Assembly: GCA_963820735.1 (NCBI GenBank)
Contig: CAWGBA010000004.1
Location: 131,579 to 195,578 of the forward strand
Reading direction: 5' to 3'
DNA length: 64,000 bases
Source of the DNA: an uncultured Chloroflexia bacterium
GTDB taxonomy: Bacteria; Chloroflexota; Limnocylindria; Limnocylindrales; CSP1-4
A model generated the notes under the pieces. The model saw only the letters and a program-made list of their open reading frames with translations, did no database searches and had not been told where the DNA came from. Of this stretch, positions 19,919-30,100 are shown piece by piece (the stretch's first letter is position 1; every line of letters starts with the position of its first letter). A program made the position numbers and the translations under genes.

Positions 19919-20257
19919 ATGAACCAGGAACGTCGCCGTCCCATGAAGCGCCTCTCGGACGTCCTTCCGGGTGTGGCGTCCATGTTGGGCCTGGAGGGGC
20001 AGCTGGAGCGTGGCCGCGCCATCGCCAGCTGGGAGCGGCTCGTCGAGGAGTTGGTTCCGGCGGCGAGCGGTGCGACCCATCTGCTCGAGGTCCGTCCGCC
20101 CGCGCTCATCGTCACGGCCGATGACCCATTCGTCGCCCAGGAGCTGCGTCTGCGCTCCGACGAGCTGCTGCGGGCGTTCGCCATTGCCCCCGGGGGCGTC
20201 CGGCTGCTGGAGCTGCGGCCAGTTGTCCGGAGGCTCCCAGAGAGTCCTTCTCGGTAG
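19919..20257 (+). CDS. DUF721 domain protein (DciA-like, the usual recF-downstream gene)
   Basis: ATG 19919. LSDVLPGVASMLGLEG..RAIASWERLV...LEVRPPALIVTADDPFVAQELRLRSDELL matches the DUF721 pattern. Synteny follows recF. Confidence 0.7.
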   Translation: MNQERRRPMKRLSDVLPGVASMLGLEGQLERGRAIASWERLVEELVPAASGATHLLEVRPPALIVTADDPFVAQELRLRSDELLRAFAIAPGGVRLLELRPVVRRLPESPSR

Positions 20258-20269
20258 ACTACGGCCCCC

Positions 20270-22568
20270 ATGAGTTCCCGCCTACAGCTCAAGCACGGCC
20301 TGGTGGCCGAGCGGGACCGGCTCTCGACGTCCGCTGACAGCATGCTCGTCACCGAGCCGGCGACCGGCTCGAAGTCCCGCACCAAGGGCAATCTCTATGT
20401 CCTGGTCAGCTCCGCGGTCGTCGGCGGACGAGCGCGTGACGCGGCTGCGGCTGCGGCGCAGACGGTGCAGCGCGAGTACTACTACGACGAGTCGGCCGGC
20501 ATCCCCATCCTGCTGGAGAAGTGCTTCCGCAGCGCCAACCGCAAGCTGCGCGGCCGCGACGGCTCCGGGATCCAGCCGGGCTCGATCGGCGTCGCCGTCG
20601 CGGTGGTCCGTGGCAACGAGCTGTACGTCGCGACCGTCGGCGCCGTCTCGGCGTACCTGGTCCGATCCGCCCGCCTCCTGGTGCCGGAGCACAAGGCCGG
20701 CCCCGGCGTCCCGGCAAACGACGTCACGGTCGACGTCTGGCGCGGCGAGCTGGCGATCGGAGACTCGGTCGTGCTGGTCGCGCATCGCCTGGTCGAGGCG
20801 GTCGGGACCGAGGAGCTCAAGAACGCGGTCGTGACGCTCCATCCCCAGTCGGCCGTGGAGCACCTCCACCACCTGTTCGTGGCCTCGGGCGGGGAAGGCT
20901 CGGACGCAGTGCTCGTCGTGGAGGCAAGCGAGCTCATCGGCCGCAGCGACGACCACCGGCCGACCAGCGGGCCGCCAGGCGACGTCTACGGCGAGCTCTC
21001 GTTGGGCAGCCAGGCGGAGATCGCCAGCGACCCGTCACGGGCGAACGGCGCCACCATCGCCGGAGGCGGCAGGAGCATGGTCGGCGGCGTCACGGCGGGC
21101 CTCGGCGACATGGTTTCCCGGGTCACCGGTGGGTTCCCGCGCCGGGGGGCCTCCGCGCGCTCGATGGCGCCGGCGCTTTCCCGGCGGGAGTCCCAACGAC
21201 GCGGCGCGATCGCGATCCTCGCCTTCCTGCTCGTGATCCTGATCGGCGGTCTTGCCGTCGCGTTCTTCCCACGGGGCACCGAGCGACCGATCACTTCCCT
21301 GGGGAACGCCGCCGATAACTTCAACGACGCGCGCGACAAGATCGGCCAGGCGATGGCCGACAACGGCTCGATCGCCGTCGACTCGCAACAAGCGCTCGTG
21401 CTGCTGCGCGCTGCGTACGGAGAACTGGCGACCGCAGAGAAGGGCGGCGTCGATCCGAGCCTCATCGCGCCGCTGCGGGCCAGGGCGGTGCACGGTCTCG
21501 AGTTCATCTACTCGGCCAAGCACGCCAAGGCGAACCCGGTGCTCCAGTTCGACGAGCGGCGCCCAACCGACCGCGCTGAGCATCGGCCCGACGACCGACT
21601 CCAACGCGCTGTACTACATCGATTCCGCCGCTGGCAGCGTCTTCCGAGTGGACCCGACTTCCAAGCAGCCCAGGCCGGTCGAAGTGGTCAAGACGGGCAA
21701 CGAGGACCCAACCGGTGCACAGATCGCGCAGCCGCGCCTCCTGAGCGTCGGTGGGCTCGACCTGCTGATCGTCGATGAGCACGGCGACCTGTGGCGCTGG
21801 CGGCCCTCCGACAAGCAGGGCGACGGGACGCTCAAGAAGGTCCAGGTGCCGCCAGACCCGCTGTGGGGCACCGATGTCACCAACATCACGACCTATCCGC
21901 CGACCAACCAGACCTATGCGATCTACATCTCGATGCCGACACAGAACCAGATCCTCAAGTACCAGGCCTTCGGTGACGGGAGCGGGCTGCAGAACGGCCT
22001 GCACTGGATGACGACCGACCGCCAGGACGTGGGCAGCTTCATGGACATGACGATCGACGGAAACCTCTACGCGATCATGGCCGCCGCCGGTAGCTGCGAT
22101 ACCACCTGCGTGGGCGACCAGGTGCTCCAGTTCTTCAACGGCAACTACCAATCCGGCTGGAAGCTCGACACGCCACCGGATGACGCTGACCTGCGGCCGG
22201 GACACGACTACCGCCACATCGCGACGACCGGCGATCGGACCTCCGGCCGGATCTACCTCTACGACCAGAAGAACCAGCGCGTCGTCGCGTTTGACAAGGA
22301 CGGCAACTACGCCGAGCAGTGGTCCGCGGGAGTGGGCGGACCGCAGATGAGTGACGTCACGGGCATGGTTGTCGAGGACCACACCACCGATGGTCGAAAC
22401 GGGCAGGTGATCATCGACTGGATCAACTCGACGGGTCTGTACCGCAGCCCGCTCACCGACATCGGCGATTCCGTCCAGGCGAGTCCGGCCCCGAATGAGT
22501 CACCGAGCGCGAGCCCGGCCTCGTCGCCTACCAGGAAGCCGCACAAGTCTCCCAAGCCTTCGCCCTGA
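20270..22568 (+). CDS. Membrane protein: cytoplasmic PP2C/SpoIIE-like domain, one TM helix, extracytoplasmic beta-propeller-like domain (apparent frameshift near 21550-21560)
   Basis: ORF 20270..21778 holds a PP2C-like fold (GNLYVLVSS..GSIGVAVAVVRGNELYVATVG..GDSVVLVAH..DAVLVVEA) and the TM segment AIAILAFLLVILIGGLAVAFF. It continues in ORF 21252..22568 (ALSIGPTTDSNALYYIDSAAGSVFRVD...RIYLYDQKNQRVVAFDKDGNY). C-terminal SP-rich tail. Confidence 0.6.
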
Positions 22569-22619
22569 TGCAAGCGCTCTCACAGGGGCCGGACGGGAGG
22601 CGACGGTAAAATCGGAGCC

Positions 22620-23168
22620 ATGCTTCAGGGGATGAGCGAAATGGTCGTGGAGTCGGTCCGCGTCCACATGCTCTCCTCCCAGCACGTGGTGATCCTCAAG
22701 GAGTCGGAGCGCGAGCGCTACCTGCCCATCTGGATCGGCCCGTGGGAGGCCAACGCCATCGCCATGAAGCTGCAGGGTGTCTCGCCGGAACGCCCGCTGA
22801 CTCACGACCTCTTCTCGCGCACCTTGGCAGAACTGGGCGTGACGGTTCGGCGGATCGTCGTCTCCGACCTGGCCGACGAGACCTACCGCGCCAGGCTGGT
22901 GCTGGAGCTCGACGGCGAGGTGCGCGAGATCGATGCGCGGCCGAGTGACGCGATCGCCCTCGCGATTCGCGCCGGCGTGCCGATCTACGCCACCGAGCAG
23001 GTGCTGGATCGTGCGGGCGTCGTTCCCGAGACCGACGAGGACGAGAAGCTGTCGGTCTTCCGGGAGTTCGTGAACTCACTCGAGATGGACCTGGACCCAG
23101 GCGGCGGTGGAGGGCCGCTGGGCAGTGGGTCGGATCCCGAGGGTGGCCCGGAGACGCGGCCGGACTGA
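22620..23168 (+). CDS. Bifunctional nuclease family protein (BFN/DUF151)
   Basis: VVILKESERERYLPIWIGPWEANAIA..RPLTHDL...ARPSDAIALAIRAGVPIY is diagnostic of DUF151. Acidic/Gly-rich tail. Confidence 0.85.
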   Translation: MLQGMSEMVVESVRVHMLSSQHVVILKESERERYLPIWIGPWEANAIAMKLQGVSPERPLTHDLFSRTLAELGVTVRRIVVSDLADETYRARLVLELDGEVREIDARPSDAIALAIRAGVPIYATEQVLDRAGVVPETDEDEKLSVFREFVNSLEMDLDPGGGGGPLGSGSDPEGGPETRPD

Positions 23169-23181
23169 GAGTTTTCTCCGC

Positions 23182-24001
23182 TTATTCCGCCACCACCGGC
23201 TCTCCACGCCGAAGCGCGGCGGCGCGGTTTGCCCACAGCCGCAGCCGCAGCCGCCAGAAGTCACGCACGGCACGCAGAACCACCTTGGGATTGGCGCCCG
23301 AAGCGCTGCCGGCCACGCGCGGATAGTGCGGCACGCCGACCTCTGCGACGCGTCCGCCGCTCGCCTGGACCTTGATGAGCAGCTCTGCGGACAAGAACGC
23401 GCCACCTGATTCCAACCGCACCGGTCCGAGGGCTTCGCGGCGGAAGAGCTTGCACGCGCAGTCCACATCCCGGACGCGCAACCCGTAAAAGATCCGCAAC
23501 GCAAGCCGATAGAGCCGGGCGTAGACGAGGCGGATTGCCGGATCGGCGCGCTTGATGCGGTAGCCAACGACGACGTCCGGGCGTTTCTCGCCGCCTTGTG
23601 CGATCGGCTCATCGATGCGCGTCAGCAGCCGACCGAGATCGGCCAAGCGGAACTGGCGGTCGCCATCCGTGAACGCCACGAGCGGATAGACGCGACGAGC
23701 GAAAACCGGTCCGCAGCGCGGCACCATACCCCTGGTTCACCTCGTGGTGGACGGCACGCACCGTCTCGGGGTGCTTCGTCGCGAGCTCGTCTGCGAGCGC
23801 GCCGGTACCGTCGCGGCTGCCGTCATCGACGCAGATGATCTCGAAACGCTCGGCGAGGGTGGGCAGGACCTCGAGCGCCTCGGCGACCAGAGCCTCGATG
23901 TTCTCCGCCTCGTTGTGCGCCGGGAAGAAGTAGCTCAGCTCGGCCACGCGCGTCCCGGCCGCCGCCCCGTCGGGTGACGCGAGATCGTTCGTCAGGCTCA
24001 C
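23182..24001 (-). CDS. GT2 glycosyltransferase, polyprenol-phosphate sugar synthase-like (apparent frameshift near 23695-23705)
   Basis: N-terminal half in ORF 23609..24001 (LSYFFPAHNEAENI..IICVDDGSRDGT..NQGYGAALRTGF). C-terminal half in ORF 23182..23727 (VAFTDGDRQF...DVDCACKLFRREAL...). Confidence 0.8.
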
Positions 24002-25668
24002 GATTGCGGTCTCCCGCTGCTACCCGTGCTGCCGGATGTGTTCCCTGACAGTGGCAGCACGCGATACACCGTGCCCGACGGCTGTGACGGGATCCCGGCG
24101 ACTTTCTCGAGGTCATAGAGCGCCTGATAGGTCGGCAGGTCGTAGTCGACGCGGATCAGATAGACCGGCCGCTTCCCCAGGAATGCGTCGATGGCGTTCT
24201 GCGCCGATCCATATCCTTCGTCCAGCACGTTCCTATCGTCGATGATCTTCACGTCCGGGCGCTTCCCCTCGACGAACTGGCCGTACCACAACGGCGTGGA
24301 ATAGTTCCACCAGCTAACGATCACGGCATTCGGGTCCAGTGCCGCGAACGTCGCATCCATCCACGAGCGCGCGCCGGTCTCATCGGAGCGATCCTGCTGC
24401 GGGTACCGGTCGGGCACGGGCAGCAGCAAGGCCACGACCAGCACAGCCGCCACGAGCGTGCCACCAATCGCGATCATGTGCCGCGCACGTTCCGATCTCG
24501 AGAAGGTCTCGAGACCACGCCAGATGGCGTCCAGCGCCAGCGTCATCCAGACGATCGCGATCATCAGCGGCACGAGGTAGTAGCGCTCGATGGCGGCGTT
24601 CTCGTAGCCCAGGGCGAAGACGAAGGTCAGACCGAACCACAACGCCGCGAGGATCGCAAACGGCAGGTTTCGGAGGAATGACACGATCGCTCCGGCGATC
24701 GAAAGCACGGCGATGACGCCGATGTTGGCGACGAGCTCGTTCCAGATGAGGTTGAGGCCGCTCCGGAGCGACGGCATCGCGTGGAACGTGCCCTGGAACT
24801 GCTGGCCGAGCACGAGGTACTTGAACCGATCCCAGGTCACCGGGTCGGCGTAATCGAGGGGTGGGTTCATGGCGGCGCGCAGCGGGATGTAGGCGTACAC
24901 GGCCACGGTCGTGATGGCCAGCGCGACGATGCAGGCCAGCGTCACGCGCCAGCGCCGTCGGAGGAGCTCGGGCTCGACGATCAGGACGAACAGGCCGACG
25001 CCGGGCGCCAACAGCACGGTCAGGGCGTGGTTGCCCAGCGAAAGCCCGAACACGATCGAGGCGGCGACGAGCCACGCGGCGTTCCGCCGGTGCGTTCGCA
25101 CGCGCGACTGCCATGCGAGCAGCAGCACCAGCACCAGCGCCGAAAGGAAGATGTGCAGCGCGTGGGGATCGGCGGCGAGTCCCAGCGACCAGGCAAGCGG
25201 GCTGACAGCAAGCGCGATTCCAGCCAACAGGCCGAGCACCGCTCGGTGCGTCAACTGGACCACGACGACGGTCAGCAGAGCGCACGCGCCCGAGACGAGA
25301 ACCGCAGAGAGCAAGTCAGCACGGAATGCCGGGCTGCCGAACGGCTGGAAGACGATGGACGCGAGCCAGTCCAGCAGCGTGTAGGTGGGATAGCCGGTGG
25401 GATGCGCGATCCCGAGGACGGCACCGAGCGTCTGGAACTCGCCGGTGTCCCAGTAGGACACATCCGGAAGTAGGGTCCGAAGATCGAGCGCAAGCGAGAC
25501 AACGAACACGGCGGCAGCCGCCAGCACCGTGGTCCACGTGCCGAAGCGCGATCCGCCGGTGTCCTCGGCAACGATGGGAGCCGCAGGGACGCTGAAGGAC
25601 GTTCCCGCGGCTCGGGGCAGATCCGTGCTGGGCGTCGGGACGCCGGCCGGCGAGGCCTCGATCACCAT
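23998..25668 (-). CDS. DUF2723-family polytopic membrane protein (GT-C-like glycosyltransferase)
   Basis: YWDTGEFQTLGAVLGIAHPTGYPTY motif, many TM helices, large C-terminal soluble domain. Start taken at MVIEASPAG (25668), 1 nt after the upstream gene's stop. Confidence 0.7.
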   Translation of the reverse strand: MVIEASPAGVPTPSTDLPRAAGTSFSVPAAPIVAEDTGGSRFGTWTTVLAAAAVFVVSLALDLRTLLPDVSYWDTGEFQTLGAVLGIAHPTGYPTYTLLDWLASIVFQPFGSPAFRADLLSAVLVSGACALLTVVVVQLTHRAVLGLLAGIALAVSPLAWSLGLAADPHALHIFLSALVLVLLLAWQSRVRTHRRNAAWLVAASIVFGLSLGNHALTVLLAPGVGLFVLIVEPELLRRRWRVTLACIVALAITTVAVYAYIPLRAAMNPPLDYADPVTWDRFKYLVLGQQFQGTFHAMPSLRSGLNLIWNELVANIGVIAVLSIAGAIVSFLRNLPFAILAALWFGLTFVFALGYENAAIERYYLVPLMIAIVWMTLALDAIWRGLETFSRSERARHMIAIGGTLVAAVLVVALLLPVPDRYPQQDRSDETGARSWMDATFAALDPNAVIVSWWNYSTPLWYGQFVEGKRPDVKIIDDRNVLDEGYGSAQNAIDAFLGKRPVYLIRVDYDLPTYQALYDLEKVAGIPSQPSGTVYRVLPLSGNTSGSTGSSGRPQS

Positions 25669-27125
25669 CCCTTCACGACGCCCCAATAGACACCCCATGC
25701 GTTGACCAGCACCGACGCGACGATCAGGCCGACCGTGATGGCATTCGAGCGCCACCGCTCCACGGCAAGCGCGACGAGGATGACGGCAAACGGCGCGAAA
25801 TCATTGCTGAAGCGGTAGCCGAACTGCACCCACCCCTGGCTGAAGTGCATGAGGTTGGCGAGCGCGATCGCGATCGTCGCGAGCGCTGCCCCAGCGACGA
25901 CTCGACGCCGCCAGGTGGCCGCCGCCAGGGGGATCGCCAGGAGGTAGGCAGGGCTGGTCAGGAAAATGCTCATGCCCACCGGATCGGGCTGCAGCACCGC
26001 GCAGTTCTCGTCAAAGATCAGGCCCAATCCGGTCGGCGCGTTGTCGCCCGAGCAGTCGGACGAGGTGATCGGGGTCTTCGGGGGCCAAAGGAGCAGGATC
26101 GGCGCGTTGACCACGATGTAGCGCGGGTCCTCGATTGCCCAGTTTGGGTGGTAGAACGCCGGCACCGGGTGCGTCTCGGTCGTGCGCAGGTAGTCGTACG
26201 CCGGGTGGAACAGGTGCCCGGTCGTGGCCAGGTTGTAGCCCAGCAACAGCGCGACCGGGATGATCGCGCCGACCCCCGCGAAGGCGGCCCGCCGGAGCCA
26301 CGTGCCACCGCCTCCGACGAACGCGAAGAACGGCGCCCCGAAGATCGTCGTCAGCCGCGCGATCGCGGCGGTGCCGTAGAGCAGCCCGGCCACGAACTGC
26401 CGCCACAGGGCTCCCGTGCGTGCCCGGGTGGCGTTCGCCACCGCTGCCAGCTGTTCCCGCCGCTCGGCGTCGAGCGCTGCCGTGATACCCAGGAAGAGAA
26501 AAGTTGAGGCGACGACGTGTGCCAGGAACCAGGTGCTGCCCAGCATGGCCGCGTACCAGGCCACCGTCCCGAAGCCGTAGAACAGCGTGCCGAGAAGGGC
26601 CGCGTCCCGACGCAACGTGACGCGCTGCAGCATCCGCCAGCAGAGCGATACGTTGATTGCCCCGATCACCGCGCAGATCAGCGCGGCATTCGTGCTCAGC
26701 CCCCACAGTGCGACGAAGGGCAGCAGGATGACCGCGGGGAGCGGCGGGAAGGGAAGCAGCGCCTGGCCTTCGGGGATGACCGGGTTGGTGACCCCGGCCG
26801 GTCCGAGCGGCGGTCCGGGGAGGACGTCCTGGAAGTAGCTGTTCGAGACCGGTGAGTCGACTGGGTAGGGAATCGTCACGTGGCCGTGCAGGTATGCGTC
26901 TGCCTGCCAGACGAAGTGGTTGTAGAAATTCTGGCGATCAGGATTGGAAAGGATGTAGACGGCCAGCGCGATGAGGAACAACCCGATCCCGACCAGCGCC
27001 GGATCGACGCGCGCTAGCGCGCGCTCGATCCTTCCATCGGCAAAGGCAACGCCTTCTGCCACCGGCCTTCCGCGCCCTTCGCGGAGCGCAGGGTCACCCG
27101 GGGCCGTTGCTATACTGCCCGACAC
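25662..27125 (-). CDS. Polytopic membrane protein, ArnT/PMT_2-like GT-C glycosyltransferase candidate
   Basis: 487-aa ORF with about 11 TM helices and an early extracytoplasmic loop. Sits between GT-C genes in a glycosylation cluster. Family assignment is tentative. Confidence 0.5.
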   Translation of the reverse strand: MSGSIATAPGDPALREGRGRPVAEGVAFADGRIERALARVDPALVGIGLFLIALAVYILSNPDRQNFYNHFVWQADAYLHGHVTIPYPVDSPVSNSYFQDVLPGPPLGPAGVTNPVIPEGQALLPFPPLPAVILLPFVALWGLSTNAALICAVIGAINVSLCWRMLQRVTLRRDAALLGTLFYGFGTVAWYAAMLGSTWFLAHVVASTFLFLGITAALDAERREQLAAVANATRARTGALWRQFVAGLLYGTAAIARLTTIFGAPFFAFVGGGGTWLRRAAFAGVGAIIPVALLLGYNLATTGHLFHPAYDYLRTTETHPVPAFYHPNWAIEDPRYIVVNAPILLLWPPKTPITSSDCSGDNAPTGLGLIFDENCAVLQPDPVGMSIFLTSPAYLLAIPLAAATWRRRVVAGAALATIAIALANLMHFSQGWVQFGYRFSNDFAPFAVILVALAVERWRSNAITVGLIVASVLVNAWGVYWGVVKGW

Positions 27126-27155
27126 CCTGATCCTTTCCCTGGAGGCCGGTCGGCG

Positions 27156-30100
27156 TTGACTTCGACCCCGGCGCGCGGGGCCGAATCGGTTCGTGGGGCG
27201 CCAGTGCGATCCGTTCGCGCCCGCCCCTCCGTGTCCCCGGCACTGATCATCCTACTCGTCGGCGGGCTGGCGCTCCGTTTCGCAATCGCGTACCTGTTCT
27301 TCCCCCAGTCCGGATTCTCGACGGACCTTTCGAGCTACGCCGCGTGGGCAAACACGCTGGCGCAGTACGGACCGGCTGGCTTCTACGCCAACGCCGGATT
27401 TGCCGACTACCCGCCGGGCTATCTCCTGCTGCTGTGGCCCATCGGCCTGATCGCACAGTCCGGCGGCCTCGGGATGGCCACCGAGGATCTGATCAAGATC
27501 CCGCCGATCCTGATCGACGTCGCGGTGGGGTTGGTGCTCTACCTGCTGGTCAAGGGCTGGGCTCGGCCGCGTGGCTGGCGCTGGGCCGAACGAGCCGCGC
27601 TCGCAGCCGCCGCGATCTACCTCTTCAACCCGGTCACCTGGTACGACTCGGCGCTCTGGGGCCAGACCGACGCTGCGGGAGCACTGGTCATCCTGCTCGG
27701 TGTCGCGGCGCTGATTCGGGGCAACACCGAGGGCGCCGCCGCGCTCGCGGTCGTGGCGGCGATGGTGAAGCCGCAGTTCGGCGTGGTGTTGATCCCACTG
27801 GTCGGCGTCGTCCTCCTGAAGCGCCACCTCTTTGACCCGGGCTCCGGCCCGATCCACCGTCCGCTGGTCGGCGGTCGCATCGGTGAATGGCTCGTGTCCA
27901 ACCAGGGCCCGGCTCGCATCGGGACGGCGTTCCTGGTCGCATGGTTCGTGTTCTTCGCGATGGCGATCCCGTTCGGCATGGGGCCGTACGAGTACCTGAC
28001 GTTCGTTTCCAAGACGGCCGGCGGTTACCCGTACCTAACGGTCAACGGCTACAACCTGTGGGCGCTGATCGGTTCCGAGGGCAATGGCTCGCTCGCATCC
28101 GACGGCCTCTGGTCCAAGGACACGATCCCGCTCCTCGGTCCGCTCCCAGGAGTGGTAATCGGCGGCGTGCTGCTGCTTGCAGGCTTCGTCGTCGGGCTGT
28201 GGGCCGCGTTCCGGCGTGACAACCGCCCCACGATCCTGATCGCGGCCGTGGTTCTATCGGCGGCGTTCTTCGTCCTGCCGACCCGCGTCCACGAGCGTTA
28301 CCTCTTCCCGGTGTTTGCGCTGCTCCCGATCCTGGCCGTGTGGAGCGGACGCTGGCGCTGGGCCACGCTGGCGTTCGCGATCGGGTCGTTCATCAACCTC
28401 CACGCGATCCTGACCAACGCCAATCCGCAGTACGGGACGGACAACGTCGCCAACCTGCCGTTCGGCGACCTCTTCCGCACCTTCCCGTTCGTTGGCCTGG
28501 CCGTCGTGCTCCAGACAGGCGCGTTCCTGTTTGCCGTGTGGCAACTGCGCGGCGCACGAGGCGGCCTCGAGCAGCTGGTCGAGACGCCCGCGCAGCGCCA
28601 CGACGGCCTCGCGACCGTTCCTGCCATCGCGCCACCGATTCCAGGACCGGGCTGGCCGGCCCCCGCTGGCAAGGAGTGGGGCGCACCGGCGTTCGCCGCG
28701 GCGCTTCCCCGGCCGGAGGGCGATTCGCTCTACGCCGCTGAAGCCGACGCCGGCGCTGAAGCTGCCGAGCTCAGCGCCACAGAGGAAGCTGCAGCCCTCA
28801 CCGGCCAAGAAGATGACTCGGGAACCGAGTGGGCCGGTTTGGGCACGTGGATCGACGGCAAGCTCGGCACGCTGCGTCCCGTTCGACGCGATCGCAGTGC
28901 CGAGTTGACGGTGGAGCCCGCAGGCCGGTTCGACCGCGTCGACGCATTGATCCTCGTCCTGCTCACGGTCGGCTCGCTGGCCCTCCGCGCATGGCACCTC
29001 GATCAGCCAAAGGACATGTATTTCGACGAGGTCTACCACGCCCGGACGGCGACGGAGTTCCTCCAGGACTGGCGCTACGGGATCGTCCATTCGATCTACG
29101 AATACACGCACCCGCACATCGCCAAGTACGCCATGGCGCTCGGCATCGAGGCGTTCGGGGACAACAAGGTCGTCAGCACCACGCAGCTGGACGGTCCGGT
29201 GTCCGACGCCGCCATCGAAACGCGCTGGAGTCCGGCTGGGCTCCCTGCGGAGCGCGATGGCGACCGCTTGTACGTCGTCAACGGCACGGACCTGCGCGTC
29301 TACGACCTGGCCACACGACAGCTGATCACGACGATCCCGCTGGACAAGCCGGCCACGGCCGTTGCCGTCAACGACGATGGGCACCAGCTTTACATCGCTT
29401 CCGACGACGGAACGATCAGCCAGCTCGACACGACCGACCTCGATGCACTGCGCACCGACCCTTCGGTGAGCGTCGACGCTCCGACGCCGATCCTGACGCT
29501 CACCGGCACGACCGGAGACGTCGTGCAGCTGGTCGTCGTCGACGATCAGCTCGTAGCTCGCACGAGCGACGGCTGGCTGGCAGCGATCGACCCGGCGAAC
29601 GCCGTCCAGACAGGCACCCTGCACGTGCCCGGCGCGGTGAAGGCCGTGCGGGTGCCCGCCACCGACCAGGTCGTGGTCGACCAGACCAAGGTCACCAACC
29701 TCGAGGAAGAAGCCGGCCTGATCGCCACGGCGCTCGCTGACACGCCCTCGAGGATCCGGCCACTGCTCCAGGGCACGAGCACTCGCGTCGGACTCTCCGG
29801 CTACCTCTCGGATACGGATCGGACGGCCATCCAGAAGGACATGGATGCCGGCAAGCTCCCGGGCGTCACGATCGAGTCGGGACCTGTTGTGGCGGTGAGC
29901 GACCCACAGGGCGTTTCGTTCCTGGACGCCGCCAGCCTCGGGTCGCTGAGCCGGATGACGATCGAAGGTGCCAGCGGCATGGCGCTGGTGGACCGCGGCT
30001 TCGACAACCCGGTCCTCTACCTGGCGGCCGACGGCACGGGCGGACCCCAGCTCATCGAAATCAACATCAACGACACCGGCCCGGCGACAGGGCGGACCCT

